DNA of 64,000 bases, taken from NCBI GenBank assembly GCA_002269645.1, contig NIVC01003008.1:33305-97304 (forward strand). Direction: 5' to 3'. How positions within the stretch are numbered: the first letter of the stretch is position 1; each line of letters starts with the position of its first letter. The translations under genes were made by a program, and so were the position numbers. Source of the stretch: Macrostomum lignano. Taxonomy: Eukaryota. Of this stretch, positions 29,841-42,039 are shown piece by piece. The notes beneath the pieces were generated by a model that saw only the letters and a list, made by a program, of their open reading frames with translations, ran no database searches and had not been told where the DNA came from.

Positions 29841-30140
29841 TGTTGCCAGTTCTGGTGCAAAAGTCCGCTGTCAACAGCTGCTTAGATCAGTAGACTTCCA
29901 GCTCTCTCACAGATTCTTCGTAGTTCGCAGGTAATCCGCTCGTTGGTGAAACTTTTTCATGTCTTTTTCAACTAAGTAAACATCGCTGGATGAACCTGTT
30001 TTTTTGTTATTTTAAGAAAGATTTATATTTAAAAAACGAGTTTCTCCACTGATTTACTATATTTTCCGCAGTTCGCTGCACCATGGCATTTGAGTGCAGG
30101 TTTGCAATGGTGAGCTATATAGCTTAGAGGCCAGCTATGC

Positions 30141-30191
30141 ATTGGCGCACGGCTGCCATTGGCTGAACCGAAGTGCAGACGGACAGCCAAT
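30141..30191 (-). promoter_or_regulatory. Cluster of three CCAAT boxes about 300 bp upstream of the Ig gene ATG
   Basis: ATTGG at 30141 and 30158, CCAAT at 30187, in a GC-richer patch. Motif evidence only. Confidence 0.3.
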
Positions 30192-30369
30192 CCGCTAAAG
30201 CAGGTCGCACGCCCTTGCTTAGTCACTACGGAGGACTGTCGCTGTTTTATTCTTACTTTACTGTTAAAATCTTCGTTTTGAGTGAATTTTAGATTGAGAA
30301 ACCGTCTTCTCATTTGTTGAGAATCTGCACCCTCTAGAATTCCACTCTCAAGAGTCTTGAAGACTGTCA

Positions 30370-31140
30370 TTCATGAGAATTCCACACCCTTGAGAAGCTC
30401 ACCCTTGGGAATCTCACCATTGAGAATTTTACCTTTGAGAATCTCACCTTTGAGAATCTCACCTTTGAGAATCTCACCCTTGGAAATCTCACCCTTGAGA
30501 ATCTCACCTTTGAGAATTTTACATTTGAGAATTCAAACATTGAGAATCTTACCTTTGAGAATCTCACCCTTGGAAATCTCACCCTTGAGAATCTCACCGT
30601 TGAGAATCTTACCTTTGAGAATCTCACCTTTGAGAATTTTATTTGAGAATTCAAACATTGAGAATCTTAGCTTTGAGAATCTTACCTTTGAGAATTTTAC
30701 CCTTGAGAATCTCACCTTTGAGAATCTCAGCTTTGAGAATCTTACCTTTGAGAATCTCACCTTTGAGAATCTCAGCTTTGAGAATCTCAACCTTTGAGAA
30801 TCTTACCTTTGAGAATTTTACCCTTGAGAATCTCACCTTTGAGAATCTCAGCTTTGAGAATCTTACCTTTGAGAATCTCACCTTTGAGAATCTCAGCTTT
30901 GAGAATCTCACCTTTGAGAATCTTACCTCTGAGAATCTCACCTCTGAGAATCTTACATTTAAGAATCTCACCCTTGAGAATCTTAGCTTTGAGAATCTTA
31001 CCTTTGAGAATCTCACCTTTGAGAATCTTACCTTTGAGAATCTCACCCTTGGAAATCTCCCCCTTGAGAATCTCGCCTTGAGAATTCTAAACCCCTGAAA
31101 ATTCCACCTTTGAGAGCTTTAACTTGAGAATCGCACCCTT
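30370..31140. repeat. 15-bp minisatellite TTGAGAATCTCACCT
   Basis: About 50 diverged copies. Confidence 0.95.
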
Positions 31141-31476
31141 AGATATTTCAACAATGGAGATCTATTGTACTCGTAGCATTGAGATCTCATTGTTTAATGA
31201 ACCCTTGAGAAGATTACGCCTGAGAATAATGAGGTGTAGAAAAAAATTTCCTGCAGAAGAATTTTGAGCGTAAAAGTCTATAGTACCTTTATAAATATTA
31301 TCGGGAAAAATCTCACATATTAATGATGACTCTCACAATCACAATAATAAAATTCAGAACTCTTCATCAATCAGCCATGCTGAAAACAAAAAATAAGCGA
31401 ATGATTTTTAGTTGCCAAGAACGGATTGAAGAAGCTTTGGCCAAAGACGTAATTCGATAGCTCCTCTCTTACTCAG

Positions 31477-32655
31477 TGACGGCAATTCGGGAGGGGAGCA
31501 CTAAGCATCGGACCATAGACGAAGCTGCTGAGGTACAGGATGATCTGCTCTCGGACCGCGCAAGTTAAGGCAAGGCGGCTCGAGACATGCGAGACAAAGC
31601 AGAGAACAAGACAGCTCGCTAATTCGACCAACCACGAAAGCAAGTCCGGAAAGTACTTCTGTGAAAGCAGCGTTCTCGAAACGGACAATCGCAAACTATG
31701 AGTCACAACAGCAGAGAGGCGCGGGACACTCCGGTGACCCTCGCCACAGCGACTGTCCAAAGCCTGGACACAAAGACCGAGTCTCGATTGAAGTCTGAAT
31801 CGCTGTTTAAGAATGTGCGAACTAAGAGCAACTCGCGGACTAAGACTGATTCGCAGACGAAAACGGTTGAATCTCGAACAAAGATTGATTCCAAGAGCAA
31901 GGAAAAGACCAATAGTAAGACGGACTCTCAGAGCAAGCCAGAGGCTTTCGTATCCGACTACGCGAACCAGGTCGAGGACGAACCAACAAAAAAGTCTGAT
32001 TCGAAGTCGAAAACTAAGACCGAGTCCAAGACGAAATCTGAGTCGGCAAACAAGGTGGAAACCGCCGCAGGAAAAGCCGCCACTAAGACGTCGACCACCC
32101 ACTCAAGGAGCAAGTCAAAGTCTGACTCTGGCAGCAAGGAGGATGTCGGCGGGACGGCCAACAGGCCCGGTAACGCCTCGGAGCTAAGCAACCAGGCAGA
32201 TCACACGGGAACTTCGGCTGAGCAGCAGCAGGAAGCAACCGAAGTCCAGCAACCGACTGAAGTGCCACAGGGCCGCACCAACAAGACCGAAACTACCAGT
32301 AAGCCGGAGTCTTCTAACAATGTCGAGGTCACCGGCTTCGGTAGCGGAGGCCGCCGCGAGAGCGCAACCGCCAGTGCAGTCGGCACGGGACTTCGCCGGG
32401 TCAGCGCCAGCAGCAGCGCCGCTTTGGACGCTCGACGCGGCAGTGCCGGAAACTCACGCCGAAGCAGCGCCGAGCTGGCGGCCGAGAATCCGGAGAGCAG
32501 CCACAACCAGGAGTCGCCAGCTTCTGCCACAGAGAAGCCGAATGACCAGTCGGCACCGGAGGAGGCCAATCCTGAACAGCAGGGCGTACCGACAGCCTCG
32601 CCAGAGTCTGCCGGAGCCACTTCGGAAACAAAATCGCCTATGAAGAAGACTAGTC
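31477..32655 (+). CDS. Ser/Thr/Lys/Glu-rich low-complexity exon, probable N-terminal arm of the TTLL protein (clean ORF from 31665/31698)
   Basis: Acceptor ctcctctcttactcag| at 31476 and donor AGTC|gtaagt at 32656; about 950-nt open frame. The same frame has stops at 31566, 31620 and 31662, so the 5' part is unresolved. Confidence 0.55.
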
Positions 32656-32751
32656 GTAAGTTATCCTGCTCTCTATCTAGCTTAATCTTATTTTCCAATG
32701 AATTCTCTTTCACAAGCCAACCTGCAACGCAACTCTGCTTAATTCTCACAG

Positions 32752-34171
32752 GCGCGGGTAACGTCCGGTCGAAGCGTGATGATTCCTGACGACGTTAATC
32801 CGAACATCCTGCCAACCAAGAACAATCCGCTATACAATACCACCGCCGTATTAGACAAGCTAGACAAATTTCCAAATTCTAAAGATGCGTCCGCGACGGC
32901 AAATATTATCTGAAGATTGAAGGACATTCGTGATTGAACGACATCCAAAAGTGAAGCGCAAACAAGCGAGGCGACGTCATACCGACAATCAAGAAGGAAA
33001 AGATGGGCGCTATCGAGCGCGAGTGGTCAGCCGCTTCTGCGAGGACGTGCTCTGCATCAGTCGAGCCCAGTTTCTCCCGCTGACCTCTCAGGGAGAGCGG
33101 CACGTGGTTTGGGTTGGCAAGAAAAAGGCCAATCACATCATTCGCTACTTGAACGGCAATGGTTGCTACGTTGTTAATCGTTTCCCTGGCGACATATTCG
33201 TCAAGGACAAGCAGGTGATGGGCATCATTCTGAGAGACCACATGCTTATGCGCAGTAACCACTGCTATTGGAAGTGCGGTGTGCCGAAAGAGGACATCCT
33301 GAATCCCAAAACTCCCAACGAAGACGAAGAGGAGAATCCAATTACCTACCGGATTTGTCGCCACATGGTCAAAAGTATGCACATGGACGAAGAGGGCTGC
33401 GAGGACAAGGGCTGCTATAACTTTGAGAAGCACACCTGCAAGCATCTCGACGTTTTCATCCCGGAGGTTCAAAGCTTCTGTACGTACAACGCGCTGCAAG
33501 ACTTCAGCAACCGTCTCGATGACGATCTCAAAGGCCAGACATTTATCTGCAAGCCGGCCTACCTTTACAAAGGCTACGGTTTCCGGTTCTTCCGCACTGC
33601 CGCCGAATTCCAAGAATTCTACCACATGACCGAGGGCAAAGAGACGTCCAGGCACGACTTTATGGTGCAACGACTTGTGGATAAACCTTTCCTGTTCAAC
33701 GGAAAGAAGGTGGACATTCGAGCTTTTCTGTTGGTTGTGGTACTTCGCTACCGTCGAGTGATCTCCTTCATCCACTACGGATTCTGCCGGGTGGCCAGCA
33801 CCGAATTCGAGATCAACGAGGAGGAAGAAGAGCTCAACATCGAGGAGCCGATGACGGACAAGGAGATAGAGAAAAAAAAGGCTGAGAACTACGAAAAGGA
33901 CATGAAGATGTTCGTTTGCACCTACCGCACCGCCGAGGAGAAGGTTGAACGGGCCAGACGCATTGACACGCAAACGTTCTATGAAGAAGCGGACGATCGC
34001 TCCCAAGAGCTGCAGGCCGTCTTCCAGAAGGAAGAAGAGCTTCAGGGAGTCAAGGAGCAGATCAAGCACATTGGACTCCGAATCAGCCAAGCTATCGAGA
34101 ACAAAGTTTGGGATGCGTTCGGCTGCTTCCAGATCTTCGGACTCGATCTCTGCGTGGACGAGGATATGAAG
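32752..34171 (+). CDS. TTLL10: Tubulin-tyrosine-ligase-like (TTL/ATP-grasp) domain exon, TTLL10/glycylase-like; frame secure from about 33023
   Basis: TTL motifs FICKPAYLYKGYG, VQRLVDKPFLFNGKKVDIRAFLL, GFCRV and GCFQIFGLDLCVDEDMK; donor AAG|gtgact at 34172. Family call is strong; the subfamily comes from recalled similarity only. Frame is broken between 32787 and about 33023. Confidence 0.8.
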
Positions 34172-34260
34172 GTGACTTTGAAACTTTATTTTGTCAAATT
34201 TAACTGACTATACTCGTATTTAGGATTGGAAAGATGACCAGACTCGCCTCAAAATCTCAG

Positions 34261-34689
34261 GTGTGGCTCCTCGAGGTCAACAGTCACGCAATGAGCGACG
34301 TGGACACTCTGAGTCCAACGCAGCGCAAAGTTGTACCAGCAGTAATCATGGAGTCTCTCGGTCTAGTGGTGGAAACCACCTACAAATCCTTCCATCATCT
34401 GCGACTGCGCAAGAGTCCGACCAACGAGTTTGAGGAGACCGGCTTCCTGTTCAGACAGAACTACGACTTCATCTTCAGCACTCTGGCCAAGAAGCGCATG
34501 GACTACGTGTGGCCCAAGCCGCCTAAGAAGCCTGATCCGCCATTCTACGAAAGAATCGGCGTTGTCGACCAGCAGATCAAGAATGTCGACAGGCGCAAGA
34601 AGGCCTGTCTGGCTATGAAGATTGCCGTTCGCGAGGAGCAGCTGGCGCTGAAGCGAAAACGCAACGCCAAGGACGAGGAGGAGTCTTGA
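34261..34689 (+). CDS. TTLL10: TTLL terminal exon (VWLLEVN... to stop)
   Basis: An 89-nt intron with acceptor atctcag|GTG joins DEDMK to VWLLEVN. VVPAVIMESLGLVVETTYKS resembles the TTLL10 C-terminal helix as I recall it. AATAAA at 34882-34887. Confidence 0.85.
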   Translation: MWLLEVNSHAMSDVDTLSPTQRKVVPAVIMESLGLVVETTYKSFHHLRLRKSPTNEFEETGFLFRQNYDFIFSTLAKKRMDYVWPKPPKKPDPPFYERIGVVDQQIKNVDRRKKACLAMKIAVREEQLALKRKRNAKDEEES

Positions 34690-36278
34690 ATGAATTTCGC
34701 TTTCAGACCAGAGCGATAACGCTCGCCTCATTTTAACTCTACAATGACAACTGCCGAGTGTTAATTTTTCTTCGTTTCTATTCGATGCTCGAGCTTACAA
34801 AGGTGAAGAGCACCCTGAGAGATGTCAGGTGGAATACCGAGAGCCTCGTATTCTCAACAGTGGCTCTACTTGTCAAAGACGAATAAATATTTCATTTTGA
34901 TTTTTCCCTACTTTCCAACGTTGAAAAGAAGAGTATTGAAAACTATCGCAGCGACTGTTGATTATTGTTCAATTACTATCTTGAATGTAGCTCTGAACAC
35001 TAGAAAATTGTGCTGAAGTAAGCTTACATGATAAACTGTACGATACAAGGCGATTGTGATATCCTACAAGGCTGGATATACTTAGTAGTACGTTTACATG
35101 TACATGTGCACTTTTAGCTAGAGTTAGAGGCACGGGCTCGTATGCACCCTGGCGCAATTTAAGCGACATTGTCACACAACCGGCGAGGAGCATTGCTGCT
35201 TATTCCACCGACTCCCCTGAGCAGGCACACGAACGCGCGTATACGTACGCAGTCATACGAGTACATGTACGCACAGGCACACACACGGGAGTGTACAGCG
35301 GCCCTAACTTTATTTTACAATGTATCTAGGCATGTACACTTCACTACTGTGAAGGGCCGTTAGGCCCTCAGGGGCGTTAATTGCACGAGCATCTCAAGTA
35401 TTTTATGATTCCAACAATAATTTATGTGACTGCACTTGGAATCGAATTTGGGCCGCTGGCACAAAAGAGCGCCGCGGTGGTCCACGCCCCCCTAATAATG
35501 TGAACTTTCTAGTGCACTGTACATGCACTGTACATGTACATGTACATGTAAATTTCCCACGTTGCTCACCAAAATCATGCAAAGCATTGAAGTCCTACAT
35601 TTCGTACTATACATGTACATGTACATGTTGCTGTTTTCCTTTGAAACCATTCGAGTATGTGTTGTGTTTTCCGCTTCCGTCCGTGCGGACCGCAGACGGG
35701 GGTGCTCGGGGTTCGGGTGCGGGACTGCCCAGAGCTTGCCGGGTGTGCTAGCGGGAGAGCAGCGACCCCGAGGCGTACGGACACTATAGTTCAGGCTGGA
35801 AGTGGAGGGGTGGGGAGCGTACGGACACTCGCACCCAGCCCTACGGACAATTCAAGAGACATGCAGGTTTGGAGATGATGATGCTGCGAGCATGTAAGCC
35901 ACTCAGCAGCACCAGAGAGGTCTCTGGAGCGTACACGGACACTAATTCACAGACTCGAGCGAACCGCGATGGGAGGAAAAGAACTTCGAGATCTAGGACA
36001 AATTAATGAAAAGTACAGTAAACAATTAATGTCTTACCGGAAGGGGGATCACTGAACGCGCTCCTACAGGCATCTGTGGTTTTACCTTGTCACTATTTTT
36101 GTTCTGCTCAACTGTCACTGTATGATTTTCGCAGCAGAAAGTACTCGTACAAGTACGCATACGTGACAGAGAGAGCAAGCAGGGATCGAGGGCGCTAGCT
36201 GAGCTGGCTTGGGTGGGGCTAAGCCGCGCAGGGCTGAGGGGTTTGGAGTTAAAGGGCGAGAGAGAAAGAACGGGGAAG

Positions 36279-36305
36279 GCTGGCCAATCAGGTACTTCCG
36301 CGGCG
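36279..36305. promoter_or_regulatory. NF-Y-like (GGCCAATCA) plus ETS-like (ACTTCCG) motif pair in a CpG-rich region upstream of TADA1
   Basis: Adjacent motifs typical of housekeeping promoters, about 1.15 kb from the ATG. Motif evidence only. Confidence 0.3.
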
Positions 36306-37460
36306 GGAGCCTTGATATGCATGGACTAGCCCAAATGGAGAGAAATGAGAGACGAAAATTGACGCGCCAGCCAAAATGAAAACGAGAAAAAATGAATTAG
36401 AATTATGCATGGCAGCTTAATAGGACAGGGAGACCAGAAATGAACCATGCAGCAGCAGGGAGAGGAGGCGGAGAGCGCAGGGGTCGGGGGGCAAGGGCAT
36501 TGTGGGGCGCAGGCGCAGCTCACAACACATAATATATGTACGTTGTGGCGGCCAGACTGCACGGTTGAGAGCGCTTCAACATGTAATTTCTGAATTTATG
36601 TGTACTACATGTACAGTACATGCTAAAATAATTTTCGCTAGTAATGCAGTCGGAAAAATAATTTGGTAATGGGGAAGATTATTAGGGCCTTGCCAGTATT
36701 CATTTTCGAGACTTGCCAGACATGTAATAATACTGCTGGGTATTTTAATTTCTACAACAATTTTATCGCGGTTTTCTTGAGACAGTGAAACAGACAGACA
36801 GAAAAAACATGTTGTAAGTGTTGTTATTGTTGTAAAGAAGGAAAGCGAGCCGCACAACCAGGATTTCCACTCAGCGCACAGCTTTAGGCTTTACAGTGGC
36901 TACTTAACGCAGGAACAATCAATGTTTTAGAATATTTTTTACGTAAAATACAGTACAGAGTTGTGAGAAGTGACATTTTCATTAATAAACGCTTATTTTG
37001 TATTCGTTGTTTCCAATGTACTCTGAGCTTGCGTCTTCATGAGTTAAAGCTGTTACTGTTTTTGATATAACTAATTAGCTAATGATCGTATATTACCAAA
37101 AATTTAAAAAGAATTTTTTTCTCAGAAAATTAGCACATGCATGATGCACGCATTAAGCAAGTTCCTCAACTTCCTCGTAAATTTTTAAATCTTGTATTTA
37201 TAACTACAAAGCGGATCTAACTTGCATCTAACCGAATATTTAAATTGAAACATTTGCTTCCATTTTTAATGCGTTTTGCGTTGCGCACTTATTCTATTGT
37301 GACTTGGTACATTGCTTTGTACCAGCAGAAGTAGACGAAAGAGCAAGACGAGATCTATTGTTTTGAAGCACAAGACAATGCTTTTATTGTAACAGACTTA
37401 AGTACATGTTTGTGCCTATAATCTATTTTCAACTGCTTTTTAACATAATCTGATGGCAGA

Positions 37461-37534
37461 ATGACTGATTCGTCAAACTTTGATAGTGTCTTAAAGCAGA
37501 GACTACAAAGTGAACTGAAAGAAAACTATTTTTG
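37461..37534 (+). CDS. TADA1: TADA1 exon 1 (MTDSSNFDSVLKQRLQSELKENYF)
   Basis: ATG at 37461; donor TTTG|gtaagt in phase 2 completes TG+G = Trp with exon 2. Confidence 0.75.
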
Positions 37535-37673
37535 GTAAGTTTTTCTCTCTGTTTTTTACTTGAGTTGGTTAGTTATTGTTGCAAAACTGTTTGTGAATTT
37601 TATTTCTAATTTTAATATCAAAAAAATTTTATACATTTATTATCATTTTAGTTCTATTGCAGCCTATAGTCAA

Positions 37674-38557
37674 CCATAGTCCAGATCATGGCAGGTGTAT
37701 GCCAGAATGAAAATTCATGTTTTTTTTCATTTTTTTGCTAACATAAAACAAAAAAGTTTATGCCAAGACTAAAATTGTTTATATGCCATTTTTTTTCAAT
37801 ATATATTTTTAGAAATTCAAAACCTACTAAACTTAAAAAATAAAATGGCTGTTTTTGCCAAAAACTGAAATTATTTGTTTTAATTTTGATTTTCTTGTGA
37901 TTGTGTTAATATTGTCTATTTTAGTTTCCAATTATTTTTAAACAGCTTTCAATGTTGGTTGATACTTAACTACACAATATTACATTAGCCTTGAACCAGG
38001 ATGGAATTTTTGTACAAAATCCTGGATGCATTCCGTGCATGCTAACAAAAACTTGCATACTTGTGTGCATATTTCTAGCAAACTTGTGCAACTTTAAAAA
38101 GCTTATGTGCGCAGTGCGCGCAGCTTAATATTCTAAGAAACCTTGCATAATTTCATTTAAATTTTGAATATTGCACTTGTTACAGTAAAACAAAGTTATT
38201 GCATTTTTAAAAACAAAGACACGAGGAACAACATTAAACTAAAAAGAGTAATATTATTTATTTTTTAATATTTATTTATTTATTTATTTATTTATAAGAT
38301 TTAATAAAACATCGTTAAAAGTTGTGCATTTATGGGTAAAAAACTTACACAAAAAAATTGCGTGTAACTTTTTGTTCCAAACTTGTCATGCAAAGATTCT
38401 ATCCTGGGCCTTGAACTTGGCTATTTTTGTATACCGACTGTGTATACTACTCATTTTGAACCTGAAAATTTGATACACTAAGTGTATGCCAAGATTGTCA
38501 GTGAGAGCAAGAATATACCAGAAAATTTGGACGTAAAGGCTACTTTCTGGACTATGG
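37674..38557. mobile_element. MITE-like element with TIR CCATAGTCCAGA (outer element of a nested pair)
   Basis: 12-bp inverted termini at 37674 and 38557; TSD not exact. Confidence 0.6.
37996..38407. mobile_element. 412-bp MITE, TIR CCAGGAT(G/A)GAAT, 8-bp TSD GCCTTGAA
   Basis: TIR matches 11/12; exact direct repeat GCCTTGAA at 37988-37995 and 38408-38415. Confidence 0.85.
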
Positions 38558-39530
38558 TAGTCGTATAGACAAAGTGTATGGTTTTAAAAATAATTTTTGT
38601 CTTTGTTACGGCATGACATAAAGACATTTGAATATTTAGTTAGTATAACTTAAGTAAGTTAATAATAATTAAAGCTCTATTAAGTATTGCTTTACAAACT
38701 CAAATTTATAATATAGATATACTAAATTACCTTACTATTTTTATTATTAGACATAGCTTTGTTTATATGTTACCTAGAAAAAACTATATTAAAGAAAGAA
38801 GTCTATATATATTTTTGAGCTATTTTAAATTTGAATAATCTTGGTTAAACTAAATCTAGTAAGAGCTTAATATGAGCCAACAATAGAAGTACAAAATACA
38901 AATTTTAACTAAAGTACAAAGAAATCAATTTGATGATAAACTTATTGAATCATTAAATCAGATAAGTCAACTGGGCTTTCTTCTTGTTTTTTTGCCATTG
39001 AACAATGCTACAAGTAAAAGCTCTTATGTGCAAGTAGCCCTTATCTAGATAATGGTATGTGGTCTAAAGCTTCAAGAGCTGCAACTTGCTAAAAATATTT
39101 GGCACCAAATAAAGGCATAGTAATAATTTAGATAATGAGGCATTTTGCATTAATAAGGCAGTCATGATTACTCATGCTATTTACCCAAAAACTGTTTTAT
39201 GCTAGAACATTATCTGCCTTGATTCCAACTACAATATGATACTACAAGTACAAGTGTAGAAAGTTCTGAAATTGCAATGGACAGTTGGATGCCTTTTGTC
39301 TATTTATTCCAATAGAGGCAGACCTTCAATCATTCAACCTTTAGTTTAAGCTTTTTTTTAGCAAATACATTTGCTATTCAAGTTGGTGCTGTTGTGGCAA
39401 ACAAAAAACATGAAATGCTATAGGATGATGCTAGCTTGCCATAGAAGAGCTCCTTAAAGAGGCTTTGAAAATATAAAGCATTTTTTTAAATGGTGCATAT
39501 ATTTAAGAAATAATTCAGACACTTGCAAAT

Positions 39531-40135
39531 TACGAGGGCAAGCAGATATCAAAAAGTAGAATGTGACACATTAATCAGCATCCCAATCTGATCTTTCAAT
39601 GTAATTGCCACTAATTTCTATATGCACATTTGCATGCGCTGCAGCCAGCTATCAAAGCAACCCCTAAAATCAGCTTTTTCAATGGAGTTGAGCTGCTCAT
39701 TCACAGCAGAAATCAGCTCATCATGAGACTCAAACTTTCCACGCAGCAGCTGCTTGATTTTCAGAAATAACTAGAAATCGCATGGCACCAGATCTGGTGA
39801 ATAAGGTGGAGCACTCAGCAGCTTGATGCCATAAGCATGAACTATGTTGTTTGCTGTGTGTGCAAGTGCATTGTCGTGATACAGGAAGTAGCAGCATAGC
39901 TCAGCTTTGCCGCAGCCAGCTGCGATGGAATTGAACACAATTGACAAGCAGCTGGTCATGTACCAAACAGAGGTCTTAGTGTGGCCTTGCTCAACAGGCA
40001 CTGAGGCTACGATGCCTCTGGGCAAGAAGAAAATTGTGAACATGATTTTCCCAGCGGACCTCACCTGCTTCACTTTTTGGGGAGGTGGGGCTCCTTTCAG
40101 TGACCAAACCATTGACTGTGATTTAGTTGGCAGGC
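39531..40135 (-). mobile_element. 5'-truncated, inactivated mariner (Tc1/mariner) transposon
   Basis: Motifs QSMVW, SAGKIMFTIFF, HDNALAH and PPYSPDLVPCDF, then a TAG in place of Trp. One TIR end TA-CGAGGG at 39531. Confidence 0.92.
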
Positions 40136-40715
40136 CATTATTATTATTCATTAATTCTACTAGTCTGGTTTATTGGCATTTTTTTATTTTAGTATTAGTT
40201 TACCTACTACTACTAACTATTTAAGTATTAGCATTAGCCATTAGATTTAGGCATAGGCAGTAGCATGATTATGATTTTTATTTAGCTAACAGCTATTACA
40301 AATTAACAAGACTCAAGACTGATTGATTCTAATCTAAATGGTTATGATATTATTATAACTAGCAGGCTAGGCACTAGCTAGTCATTGAGACATGTCATTG
40401 AAATTAAGTAACAATTTGAATCAATTTGAAAATGCATACAAAACCCAAATCCTATTTCAAAACAACAAATATTATATATATTGCAATGAAAATTGTAAAA
40501 AGGAAAAATGAATTCTTTGAAAATTCATGAATTTCAACTTTTCACAAAAGAAATGTTTGAATTTTTGTAATTTTCCTAATTTTACACAATTTAATATAAG
40601 TATTGTAGAATTAGGTTAACTACTATAAGATTACTTAGTTGCACTAAGTGAGCAACTTTACTATGAGACTGCTAGAAAGTGAGCAAGGTTGCTAGTCATG
40701 CTTGGCACTTGGGTG

Positions 40716-40859
40716 CAACCTAGGGATTCACCTGGCCATTTCTATTGGCAACACATATAAGTTGCTATTAGATAGAATAGTAATCATGTGATTGCTCTTA
40801 GCCAATAGCAACTTATATGTGTGTTGCCAATAGAAATGGCTGGGTGATTCCCAAGGTTG
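40716..40859. mobile_element. Fold-back / palindromic MITE-like element
   Basis: Arms of about 55 bp (40716-40769 and 40804-40859) are near-perfect reverse complements. Confidence 0.7.
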
Positions 40860-42039
40860 TGCATGTATGTTGCCAGTATATTTTGTTAATGAGCTGGGGC
40901 TCTTTCCTGCTGGGGCAAAAATAGTATAAAGTGTATATAAGTGAACTATAGCAATCAGAATATAGAATAGAAAACAATTAGAATACATTAGAGTACTTAG
41001 AGTACTTAGAATTTTCACATTCATAATTGAGACTAGCAGAATTTCTATTTTGTAAACTGCAATATTTTAAGTGCACTTTTAAAAATGTGCATATTTGCAT
41101 TTTTATATAATTTTGTGACACATTTTGTTTTAAAGTTTTGTTGCATAATCACATTTTTAGCTCAATGGCATTTTCTGCAATTTTACTATCTTGGGCTAGT
41201 TATACTAGCAGTGAATTTGAAATCTTCTAGCTCTTAGCTTATTCTAGTATAGACAAAGCATTTATTTAGTTAAAAAATACAAATAATTGTTAAGCTATTT
41301 AATTAAAATTTTACATTTTATAATTGCTGCTACAACAGTTATAATGCTTATCAAAGTTGCTAATATAATGTGCTTTAATTTAATTTTCATTTGTTTAATT
41401 AACTTCAACTTCAACTCTCAGTCTTGAGTATTCCCTGGATCAGAGGGTCATGGCTTACTCTCTGGTAGGTTTACTGCCCTGAGTTGGATTCTCAGATCCT
41501 GGTCTAAATGTTCTTACCCTTTGGTAGGTATTCTGCTTTCTAAGGTGATTTCTCAGACTCTAAGTCTGGAGGTCTTGTTCTTTAAGAAGACTTGAAGACT
41601 TAAGATAACTTGTTCTTTCTCCCATTTCTGGGGTGTTTCCCAGGTCACTATCTACTACTCAAAAATAAGTAATGTAAGAGCAAATGCTAAGCCTAATTGA
41701 TTTTGTCTCCAAACAGAATAATTGGATCAAATGAAACAATGCTTAAGTGAATGAGTCAAAAAAGAAAAACATTTTATTTTTCTTAGCCTTTGGCTGGCTT
41801 CCTTTTATATTGAACATTTTCTTACTTATTTAAAACAAACAGTGATATATTTGCATAATATAACAACATAGCAGTATCTTAAAATGCAACTTTATAAGAA
41901 AATAGTTTTACAATGTTTAAAAATATGTTTGAATATATTTAAAAAATAGACAACAATTTGAATAGATCATACAATGATACAAGCATACAAATATAAACAT
42001 TTGAATACAAACTAAGACACCAAAAATTGTAGGTCAAAA

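Noticed and set aside
31449-31476. 28-nt intron after MLKTKNKRMIFSCQERIEEALAKD
   Set aside because: Splicing gives an immediate TGA, and the size is far below the 86-96-nt class seen here.
32906-34090. 394-aa minus-strand ORF
   Set aside because: Antisense shadow of the codon-biased TTL exon; no recognisable motifs. The same applies to the 31473-32749 minus-strand ORFs.
31477-34689. Horizontal transfer or contaminant origin, or stop-codon reassignment, for the GC-rich TTLL locus
   Set aside because: Its introns match the host 90-nt class, TTLLs are eukaryotic, and the 1.1-kb catalytic region has no in-frame TAA, TAG or TGA as a recoded gene would likely show.
35353-35368. AGGGCC-GTTA-GGCCCT hairpin as a Helitron 3' end
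   Set aside because: No CTRR terminus at the expected distance and no 5' TC partner identified.
35085-36620. Scattered (TACATG)n palindromic runs and three to four GCGTACGGACACT copies
   Set aside because: Short, low-complexity and without definable element boundaries; insufficient support for a feature.
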